64,000 bases of DNA from a virus (taxonomy: Duplodnaviria > Heunggongvirae > Uroviricota > Caudoviricetes). Every line of letters begins with the position of its first letter. Within the stretch, counting starts at the first letter, position 1. The stretch is taken from positions 13,903 to 77,902 of IMG/VR virus record IMGVR_UViG_3300013121_000010. One strand, 5' to 3'. Positions 10,589 to 19,010 of this stretch are shown here, one piece after another. Both the position numbers and the translations under genes were made by a program. The notes beneath the pieces are model-generated. The model saw nothing but the letters and a program-made list of their open reading frames with translations. It was not told where the DNA came from and searched no databases.

Positions 10589-10949
10589 ACCTTTAAGTGA
10601 TTATGTAAAAGCATCGTTAAATAAAGAAAAGTCGGAAGCAAAGGAGAAGGAAATATGTGAAAATTCAAAAAAACAACTTGTTGATATGTTGGAAAAGAGA
10701 TTAAAAACAACGTTTATAGGAGCTATATCTTCTTTTGAAAATGCTTTTGGTTATATGTGGGGCCATAATAAGAAAAACACAGATAGAAATGAGCATGAGA
10801 AGGATATGTATAATTTATGGATGCAAACAAGAAACGAAATACTTAATAAATCAAACGTTCAATCAAGAGCTATAATTGAAGATTTAAGAAATTACACTGT
10901 TAAATTTAATATGTACAAGATTGTTATGAGGACTAAAGAAAATGAGTAA
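10572..10949 (+). CDS. Hypothetical protein (125 aa)
   Basis: Helical ORF overlapping both neighbours; KTTFIGAISSFE..FG.MWG motif. Confidence 0.55.
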   Translation: MEIKNKPLSDYVKASLNKEKSEAKEKEICENSKKQLVDMLEKRLKTTFIGAISSFENAFGYMWGHNKKNTDRNEHEKDMYNLWMQTRNEILNKSNVQSRAIIEDLRNYTVKFNMYKIVMRTKENE

Positions 10950-11736
10950 TAACAAAGATTTTGCTGTTAATGGTAAAGAATATATTGTAAAACAACCAAC
11001 ATCTAAAGAACATAAGGAAGCTCAGCTATTTTATAATCAAACTTTTGGTGATGCTATAAAATCTAAAGCTCCTTTAAGAGCTACTCTTAATCAATATATG
11101 AAAGACCAAGGTTTATGGTCTGATGAAAAAGCAAAGACATTTTTAGAATTAGTAGAGTTTGTATCAACATCAGAAAAGAAATTAGATGCTGGTGGATTTA
11201 AATATAAAGAAGCCTTAGCTTTGGCTAAAGAATTAAAAACTAAAAGACTTGAATTACAGGCAATGTTGTCAGATAGGGGTTACTCAGATTCTAATACGGC
11301 AGAAGGACAAGCTGAAAATGCTAAATTCCAAAAACTTTTAGTCTTATGTTTGGTGTATAAAGAAGATGGAAAGCCTGTTTTTCCATCAACTGATTCCCTG
11401 CTGAATGAAACAGACGAAACAAAGTTGAATGTAGCCTCTGAGGGTTTTAAATTATTAGGTGAAATGCTTTATAATTTAGACTCAAGCTATGAACATAAAC
11501 TAGCTGAGAATAAATTTTTTAAGAAGTTTAAGTTAGTAGATGATAAACTACGTTTTATTAACAGTAAAGGCGAGTTGGTGGATGAACAAGGCAGACGCAT
11601 AGATGAAGAAGGTTTTCTTATAAATGAGAAAAATGAAAGAATAAATGCTAGTGGCGACAAGATTGATAGTGAAGGTAATCTTGTTGTAGAACAAGCACCA
11701 TTTTTAGACGATGATGGTAATCCTATTGTCGTTTAA
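10942..11736 (+). CDS. Putative tail assembly chaperone, short paralog (264 aa)
   Basis: Directly upstream of the tape measure; charged and helical, with C-terminal acidic (V/I)DExG repeats. Confidence 0.55.
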   Translation: MSNNKDFAVNGKEYIVKQPTSKEHKEAQLFYNQTFGDAIKSKAPLRATLNQYMKDQGLWSDEKAKTFLELVEFVSTSEKKLDAGGFKYKEALALAKELKTKRLELQAMLSDRGYSDSNTAEGQAENAKFQKLLVLCLVYKEDGKPVFPSTDSLLNETDETKLNVASEGFKLLGEMLYNLDSSYEHKLAENKFFKKFKLVDDKLRFINSKGELVDEQGRRIDEEGFLINEKNERINASGDKIDSEGNLVVEQAPFLDDDGNPIVV

Positions 11737-11760
11737 AATATAATAAGATGTTACAAACAT

Positions 11761-11807
11761 AGGCTAATGTAATACTTTATATTAAGGTGTTACTTTGGCC
11801 TTTTTTT
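11761..11807 (+). terminator. Rho-independent terminator-like hairpin upstream of the tape measure gene
   Basis: AGGCTAATGTAATACTT...AAGGTGTTACTTTGGCCT forms a long stem (with G-U pairs and one U-U mismatch), followed by a T7 run. Confidence 0.7.
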
Positions 11808-11824
11808 ATTGGTGAATTTATAAA

Positions 11825-14800
11825 ATGCCTCAAAATTTTAATATAGTAGCAAAACTAACAATACAAGGTCCAAACAATATTAATGCTGTTGTTAGGCAGG
11901 TTCAATCACAGCTTAACACTTTAAAAGCTAATGTAAATCTTGGTATTAACACTCAATCTCTAACAAATCTTAGAAATGCTAATAAGTCAATAGGAGCGTT
12001 GACTATAAGCATGAGAGATTTAAGGGATGCTACTAGATTAACAAAAATTTCTGTAGACGCTTTAGCTACCTCATTGAATAATTTAGGCAAGCAAGTAGCA
12101 CCTTTGCAAAAAGCCGCACAAATAATAAAAAACGTACAAACACAAACAAAGCAAGCAGCAAATGATATGGAAGTTTTCGGTGAAGAAGCTGCTTTTGCTT
12201 TGAGAAGATTTGCCGCCTTTGCTATTCCAACTGCTGTTTTCGCTGCTATTAGCGTTGCTTTTAAACAAGCTATTCAGAACGCTATTGATTTTGAAGTAGA
12301 AATGGTAAAGCTTTCTCAGGTTACTGGTAGAAGCGTTACTGCTCTTAGTGATATTTCAAATGAAATTACTAGACTATCTACTAAATTAGGCGTTTCAAGT
12401 AAAGACATAAGCGAAGTTGCCGTTACTTTAGCACAGGCTGGTTTATCAGCTAAAGATACTAAGATTGCTCTAGAAGCATTAGCTCGTTCTGCATTAGCTG
12501 CTACATTTGATAATGTAAAGGATACTACAGAAGGTGCTATTGCTGCTATGGCACAGTTTAAATTAGAAGCTAGTGATTTACAAGGTTTGATTGGTAGTTT
12601 AAACGCTGTATCCGCTCAATTTGCTGTTGAAAGTGAGGACTTGGTTAGCGTTATTCGTCGTTCAGGTGGTGCATTTCAATCTGCTGGTGGTAATCTTAAT
12701 GAATTATTAGGCTTGTTTACATCTGTTCGTGCTACTACAAGAGAAAGTGCTGATAGCATTGCTACAGGTTTCCGTACAATATTTACTCGTATTCAAAGAC
12801 CTAGAACAATTCAATTTTTAAGAGAATTGGGCGTTGAATTACAAGATGCTAAAGGACAATTTATCGGGCCTCTTGAATCCATTCGTAGATTGAACGCTGC
12901 CTTATCAGAAATTCAAACTACAGACCCTAGATTCGCAGCAGTAATTGAAGAACTTGGTGGTTTCCGTCAAGTTTCTAAAGTAATTCCTTTAATTCAACAA
13001 TTCCCAGAAGCTATTAAAGCTATTAATGTTGCTCAACAAGGTCAAATTTCTATTATAGAAGATTCTGAAATAGCACAAAAATCACTTGCGAATCAATTAA
13101 CTAAACTACGCGAAGAATTCTTTGCTTTATTTAGAGAAATAGGCGGTGATAAGTCATTCCAAGAATTTGTCAAAACTTTAATTGATATTTCTAGAAACTT
13201 AATTGAAGTAACAAAAGCTATTAAACCTTTAATTCCTTTAATTGGTTCAATCGCTTTATTTCAAGGTGGTAGTAAAGCCGCTCAATTTTTCTCAGGTTTT
13301 TCTAGAGGTTTAACAACAACAAACCCACGCAGAAGATTTGCTAGAGGTGGTGTTGTTCCTGGTCGCGGTGATACAGATAGTGTAAACGCTGCTTTAATGC
13401 CTGGGGAATTTGTTATTCGTAAAGATGCTGCGGAAGCTATTGGTTATGATAGATTGGCAGAAATGAATAGATTTGCTAAAGGTGGTCCAGTAATAAATCT
13501 AAGTAAAAAACAATTGGAAGCATATTCTTTTGCTGATGATTTTGATGTAAAAGAAGTAAATGAAAAAGGTAAAAATGTTAGATTTCAAAGAAAAGAATTG
13601 TTTGGAAAATATGCATCGGAAGAAACCAGAAAACCTATTAGATTTGGTTTAGCTGCATTATCTAATGATTCTCAAGTTGGTACATTTGATAGTTTCGTTA
13701 GTGTTAAATCAAAAAGGAACGGTGCTTTTGGTTTTCCAGTAAGTGTTGAAGCTGCTAAATTACAACCAGAAAGTCTTTCATCTGATGTTGAAAATCGTAT
13801 GGTTAAAACTCTTTCAGCGTTAACTTCAAATGTTGCTGGTGCATTAGCAAGAAGTATAGGTGGAACAGCTAAGGAAAAAGATAAAGGTAGAGTAGAAAAG
13901 ATATTAAAGAAAGCTAATTTAGATAGTGCTATTGGTGGTATTTTTGAAGCCTCTCTTGGTGTTTTAGGGGCACCTTATGAAGATAAAGAATCTAATAACC
14001 AAGCTATTGACTTTCCAAAAGGTTTAGGAATTGATACATCTAAGCTATTTGGTAATCCTAACCTTAAAAATTTGCCTACTGATGCTAAAAGAACTGGTAA
14101 GGTTTCTAGTTTTATTAGTAAAAATTTAAAAACTGTATTCACAGATATAGTAGATAATATTGGTTTTGGTATTGCTAGACCATCTAAACAAGGCAAAGAT
14201 GTTAGTGTTAAATCTAATGATTTACCTTCTATTTTACCAGATAAAAATAAAGCTTTTACTGATGCTGTAAATCAAGTTAGATTATTAAAACAAAATGCAA
14301 CTGGTGAAAAAGTATCAATTAATAGTGTTTTCACTAAATATTTTAAAGATTTTGGAATAACAAATAAATTTCAACAAATAGACGCTCGCAAAGAATTAGC
14401 TAACGAGCTTGTAAAAGCTGGTGTTATTGATAAATCAGAATTAAATAGTAAGCAAGTAAGAAGAAATTCCGGTGGTTCTATTCCTGGTGTTGGTAACAGT
14501 GATACGGTTCCCGCTCTATTGACCCCAGGTGAGTTCGTAATTAATAAAAGTGCTGCGAATGCCATAGGATTGTCAAATTTACACAAATTAAATAAATATA
14601 ATAGTGGTGGCCCAGTAAGACATTATAGAACTGGTGCTAGAGCCGCAGGTGGATTTTCTACAGCAGGAAGTTTATTTGGTGGTGGTTTAGCTGGTGGTAC
14701 TATCTTACCTATATTACTTGGCCAATTAGGTCAATTAAATGATTCAACCTCAGCATTAATAAGTAAATTTAGTGCGTTAGCTATTGGCGTTAGTGCTTTT

Positions 14801-17800
14801 CAATTCCAAATAAATGCTGTAACTGATGATAGAAAATTGCGTATACTTAGTAGTCTTAGTGAAAGAAGCGGTGGTACTTTACAAAAAGCAACTGGAATTG
14901 CCGCTCGTAACTTTCAAGCTATAAGTTTAGCTGCTGGTTTAGCCGCTACTGGTCTTTCTGAATATGGAAGCTATTTAAAAACACAAGCTAATGAACTTGC
15001 TTCTAAAGCAAAAACTGAAAAAGAATTACAGGGTGCTATATCACAGGATACTAGTGGTAGTATATTTGGTGGTGCTGGTGTAGGTGCTGGTATTGGTGCC
15101 GCTATAGGTACTGTTATCGCTCCTGGTATTGGTACTGCAATTGGTGCTGGTGTAGGTGCCCTTACAGGAGCTATTGTTGGTAGCTATAATACTCAAACAG
15201 AAGAATTAAGGAAAGTTTTTGAGCAAGCTAGATTTGACAGAACTGCCGAACAATTAGATGAAGTTATAACTAATTTTAGAGAAGGTAGATTTGCTAATGC
15301 TCAAGTTGGTGCTTCTAAAGTGGCAAATTTTGCTGAACAACAAAGATTGAATATAGAGAATTCTTCTGTTAAGAATGTACCGGAGTTACGCAAGCAATTA
15401 AGAAATAATTTAGTAAACTTTCGTGATGCGGCTACAGAATTAGCTAAAAATTCTACTAATTTTGAAGATTTTGAAAAATCTTTTGGTGGCTCTGGAAAGA
15501 AACTTACAGATGCTATAGTCAGTATTACTGGTGATTTTGAACAATTTAAAACAGAAATTGAAGGAACTATTAATGCTTCTAAAATAGCAGCAAAAGTTCG
15601 TCAACAAGAATTAGAATCTGCGAATAAGATAAAGGAATATACCACAAGTTTATCTGAATTTAATCGTGCTATAACAGAACTTACAAATACAGTTCAAAAA
15701 AACAATGATGCATTTTCATTCATTTCTGGATTATCAGAAGGTGTTCCTTCAATAAAGATAGGTTCAGGTAATGATATTTTTAGTAGAGCCGCTTCTGGTA
15801 AAGTAACAAATACAAACGAAGTAAAAGAAGCTTTAGATAGATTAATTGGTGGTACTTTAGATGATAAGTCTCAAGAATCCATAAGTAATAATGTATTAAG
15901 CGTAACAAAACTAACAGCAAATCTTCCTGCTATTCTTGAAAGAGTAGCTTCAAAAGTTGGTTTTGGCGATAGTGATGTTGGTGCTTTAGATTTATTCAAA
16001 GCAGAATTAAATCAAGTTGCAGGTTTAGATTATAAGCTAAAACAAACAATCTCATTATTATTTGATAGTCAATTAAGTTCGCGTCAAAATACCGGACCTG
16101 CTGGATTAGCTCAAGTTGTAAGAGAAGATGTTCTTGCTTTAGCTGATAAATTAGTGCCAGAAGCAATAACTGCTGGTGTTAAAGAATTGGATTCTAGCTA
16201 TAAACAATTAAGTGAAACTTATACTCAAATTATTGATAGAATAAAAACTGTTATAGATGCTGAAAGTAAGTTAGCTCAAAGTAGAGCAGATATAATTCAA
16301 CGTGAATTTGAATTTAGTGAGCAAGCTAGACCAGCTAATAGTTTGCAAGCTAATTTTAGACAAGTTCAAGATATACAAAATAGAAGATTGACAGCTATTA
16401 CTGGAAATAGAAATACTACTGTTAGTGGTGCTACACAAGGTCTAATATCAAAGAATATAGAGCTTAAATTAATAGAAGATAAATTACAAAATGCACAATT
16501 TGGTTCTGATGAACAAAAAGCTCTAATAAATCAGTTTAATGATACTGCTGCTGCTGCTGGCAAACTTAGGTCTTTCTTAAATGAAGTGGCTCAATCAACT
16601 TTATTATTAAATAAAGCACAACAAGAACTTGCGGACGCTACAGCACAGCGTGAAGAAAGAGTTGGGTTTGTTCAAAAGTTATTATTTGCAGAAGGAAAAG
16701 AAAGACGTAATTTTGTTAAGACTGCTGTATTAGCTCAGGGTTTTGCTAGTGGTGCCCCTGGTGGTTTTGATGCCATCAAAGGAAAGGATGCTAAAGATGT
16801 ATTTGACCTTTTTGGTTCTTTAGGTAAAAATAAGTTATTTGGAACTCAAAGAACAGGCGAAGATTTACAATTAGAATTAACAAGAGAATTATTAAAAAGA
16901 GAAGCTGGTCCTAATGCCGACCCAAGATTTGTTGATGCGGCAGTTAAACAACTTATAGATGAAAGTAGAGCGGAACAAGTTGCTAGAGAAAATTTAGAAA
17001 AAGTACAACAGGAAGCCTTAGCTGCTCAGAGAGGTTTGATTGAAGTACAAGAAAGAAATACAAAAGCTCTTGAAGCTCTTAATGTTAATTTATTAAGTCA
17101 GTTACCACAAAAATTAAATGAGGCTTTAAATAGAAGTGCGGCGGCTACTTTAGAAAGTCAAATTTCAATAAGTAAAAATGAAAAGATTGGACTTGAAAGT
17201 GAAAAAGAAAAAATAGTTTCACTAAGACAAAGTAGGGTAGGGCAAGCTTTTGGTGGTAAAATACCTCAGGCTGTTGCTAATATTGATACTGTTAATACAA
17301 TTAGAAAAAATTATGATTTATTAAAAGCTGCTAAAAATGAAAGTTTTAAACTTAGAAGTAATAAAGAAGATAATAGAATACTTGAACTTTCTTCAAGAGT
17401 AAATGGTAGAAACTTACTTCCTGAAGATTATAAGAATGTGCCAGATAAATATAAAGATAAAGATTTTTTTGGTTTTCAATTCATAAAAAAAGATTTACTT
17501 GATGCTGATGTACAAGAAATTTTAGCAAGAAGAAAAGAAGTTGAGTCAAAACAAAAATCTATTAAAGAAGAAATAGATACTAATAAACAAAGTTTAAGAA
17601 ATGTTGGTGTTAATATAGATTATTTATTAACTATTCCTAAAGATGAACTTAAAACTTTCCAAGATAACTTAGGAAGTATTTCAGAAGAAGCTCGTAGGAA
17701 TATTAGTGCTTTTGACTCTTTAACAACTAAAATACAAAATCTAGATAAACTTATTGGTGATTTAAATAAGCAATTGGGTAGCATTCAAAAACCAAATGAA

Positions 17801-19003
17801 GCAGCTAATAGAGCTTACGGTGGTTTTGTTGGTAGTAAAGGTGGTATTTCTTCACCATTAGTTCGTTTTGCTCCAAAAGGTACAGATACAATACCAACAA
17901 TGCTAACAAAGGGCGAGTTTGTTGTTAATGCAAAAGACGCTGCTAAGAACAAAGATTTGTTAGAACAAATTAACGCTGGTTATATGGCAAACGGCGGTCC
18001 TGTCAGAAAAACTAGAGCGGAAATCTTACAAGAAAGACGCCAAGCTTATCTAGCTAGAAAACAAGCTCTTGCTGATGCCGCTCAAAAAAGGAGAGATGCT
18101 TATTCTAATAGATTGAGTGATAAGCAAAGAACTATAAGGAATAATAGAGAAGCTAGTTTAATTGGTATAGCAAACAGAGCATTTAATAATGAAGATAAAT
18201 CAAAAAATCAAGAAGTCTTGCAAAAATACAAAGCTTATATTCAAGCTGGTCTTAGCGATGATGAAATTAGAATAAGAGAAGGCGGTTCAATAACTAATGG
18301 TCCTATTAGTGGTAAAAGATTACAGCAAGAAAGATTGGCAAACATAAAAGCTCAAGGCATTGCTAATTTAAAGTTTGGAAAGGACAATTCCACTGTAAAT
18401 GCTAATATACCTAATAAACCATTTAGATATAGTATCGGAGAGTTTGATTATTTGAAAAAATTTGGTTTTAGTGAAAGACAAATTGGTTTGCTAAAAACTC
18501 AAGCTGAAATATATGATTTACAAAAGGGTGGAGAAGAAATATCTCGTAAAGTAGAAGAAATTATAAAAGGCTCAAAAGAAGGTAAATTCCTAAAGTTTGC
18601 AACTGGCGGTGTTGTTCCTGGTTCAGGAAACCGCGATACTGTCCCAGCATTACTAACTCCTGGTGAAAGAGTAATAACTAAGCAGCAAAATAAGCAAGGT
18701 TTGCCGGTTTCACTTAGCTCAGAAAGTGTATCTGTTCTCTCTGCTTTTTCAAACAGTGTTGGAAGTATGTCTGAAAGTATGAGTATGTTTACAGAGGGTG
18801 CTAATAAATTAAGTGAAGCATTAACAGGGTTCTTAAATACTAAAATTGAAGTTACACATTCTCCAATAACTGTATCTGTTAATATTGCAGGTATGGAAGG
18901 ATTGGAACAAGCTATACAGGATAAGATTATGTCAGCGGTAAATTCATCTATTGCTAGCTCTAAAGCTAAAGCATCAGAAGGCCGCTCACCATTCTTTACT
19001 TAA
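11825..19003 (+). CDS. Tail tape measure protein (TP901-type core domain; 2392 aa)
   Basis: AIDFEVEMVKLSQVTG, LAQAGLSA, SLNAVSAQFAV, ATTRESADSIATGFRTIF core; Ala/Leu-rich helical body; Gly-zipper hydrophobic segment; located after tube and chaperones. Confidence 0.92.
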   Translation: MPQNFNIVAKLTIQGPNNINAVVRQVQSQLNTLKANVNLGINTQSLTNLRNANKSIGALTISMRDLRDATRLTKISVDALATSLNNLGKQVAPLQKAAQIIKNVQTQTKQAANDMEVFGEEAAFALRRFAAFAIPTAVFAAISVAFKQAIQNAIDFEVEMVKLSQVTGRSVTALSDISNEITRLSTKLGVSSKDISEVAVTLAQAGLSAKDTKIALEALARSALAATFDNVKDTTEGAIAAMAQFKLEASDLQGLIGSLNAVSAQFAVESEDLVSVIRRSGGAFQSAGGNLNELLGLFTSVRATTRESADSIATGFRTIFTRIQRPRTIQFLRELGVELQDAKGQFIGPLESIRRLNAALSEIQTTDPRFAAVIEELGGFRQVSKVIPLIQQFPEAIKAINVAQQGQISIIEDSEIAQKSLANQLTKLREEFFALFREIGGDKSFQEFVKTLIDISRNLIEVTKAIKPLIPLIGSIALFQGGSKAAQFFSGFSRGLTTTNPRRRFARGGVVPGRGDTDSVNAALMPGEFVIRKDAAEAIGYDRLAEMNRFAKGGPVINLSKKQLEAYSFADDFDVKEVNEKGKNVRFQRKELFGKYASEETRKPIRFGLAALSNDSQVGTFDSFVSVKSKRNGAFGFPVSVEAAKLQPESLSSDVENRMVKTLSALTSNVAGALARSIGGTAKEKDKGRVEKILKKANLDSAIGGIFEASLGVLGAPYEDKESNNQAIDFPKGLGIDTSKLFGNPNLKNLPTDAKRTGKVSSFISKNLKTVFTDIVDNIGFGIARPSKQGKDVSVKSNDLPSILPDKNKAFTDAVNQVRLLKQNATGEKVSINSVFTKYFKDFGITNKFQQIDARKELANELVKAGVIDKSELNSKQVRRNSGGSIPGVGNSDTVPALLTPGEFVINKSAANAIGLSNLHKLNKYNSGGPVRHYRTGARAAGGFSTAGSLFGGGLAGGTILPILLGQLGQLNDSTSALISKFSALAIGVSAFQFQINAVTDDRKLRILSSLSERSGGTLQKATGIAARNFQAISLAAGLAATGLSEYGSYLKTQANELASKAKTEKELQGAISQDTSGSIFGGAGVGAGIGAAIGTVIAPGIGTAIGAGVGALTGAIVGSYNTQTEELRKVFEQARFDRTAEQLDEVITNFREGRFANAQVGASKVANFAEQQRLNIENSSVKNVPELRKQLRNNLVNFRDAATELAKNSTNFEDFEKSFGGSGKKLTDAIVSITGDFEQFKTEIEGTINASKIAAKVRQQELESANKIKEYTTSLSEFNRAITELTNTVQKNNDAFSFISGLSEGVPSIKIGSGNDIFSRAASGKVTNTNEVKEALDRLIGGTLDDKSQESISNNVLSVTKLTANLPAILERVASKVGFGDSDVGALDLFKAELNQVAGLDYKLKQTISLLFDSQLSSRQNTGPAGLAQVVREDVLALADKLVPEAITAGVKELDSSYKQLSETYTQIIDRIKTVIDAESKLAQSRADIIQREFEFSEQARPANSLQANFRQVQDIQNRRLTAITGNRNTTVSGATQGLISKNIELKLIEDKLQNAQFGSDEQKALINQFNDTAAAAGKLRSFLNEVAQSTLLLNKAQQELADATAQREERVGFVQKLLFAEGKERRNFVKTAVLAQGFASGAPGGFDAIKGKDAKDVFDLFGSLGKNKLFGTQRTGEDLQLELTRELLKREAGPNADPRFVDAAVKQLIDESRAEQVARENLEKVQQEALAAQRGLIEVQERNTKALEALNVNLLSQLPQKLNEALNRSAAATLESQISISKNEKIGLESEKEKIVSLRQSRVGQAFGGKIPQAVANIDTVNTIRKNYDLLKAAKNESFKLRSNKEDNRILELSSRVNGRNLLPEDYKNVPDKYKDKDFFGFQFIKKDLLDADVQEILARRKEVESKQKSIKEEIDTNKQSLRNVGVNIDYLLTIPKDELKTFQDNLGSISEEARRNISAFDSLTTKIQNLDKLIGDLNKQLGSIQKPNEAANRAYGGFVGSKGGISSPLVRFAPKGTDTIPTMLTKGEFVVNAKDAAKNKDLLEQINAGYMANGGPVRKTRAEILQERRQAYLARKQALADAAQKRRDAYSNRLSDKQRTIRNNREASLIGIANRAFNNEDKSKNQEVLQKYKAYIQAGLSDDEIRIREGGSITNGPISGKRLQQERLANIKAQGIANLKFGKDNSTVNANIPNKPFRYSIGEFDYLKKFGFSERQIGLLKTQAEIYDLQKGGEEISRKVEEIIKGSKEGKFLKFATGGVVPGSGNRDTVPALLTPGERVITKQQNKQGLPVSLSSESVSVLSAFSNSVGSMSESMSMFTEGANKLSEALTGFLNTKIEVTHSPITVSVNIAGMEGLEQAIQDKIMSAVNSSIASSKAKASEGRSPFFT
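13337..18680 (+). repeat. Four dispersed copies of a (F/Y)AxGG..PG.G..D.VPA.L.PGEFV motif inside the tape measure
   Basis: Copies at about 13337-13490, 14464-14617, 17811-18004 and 18591-18680, read directly from the translation. Confidence 0.85.
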
Positions 19004-19010
19004 ATTAAAT

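Noticed and set aside
8340-11736. Contractile tail sheath gene
   Set aside because: No ORF of sheath size or motif next to the tube gene; the layout fits a non-contractile tail, though a sheath outside the window cannot be excluded.
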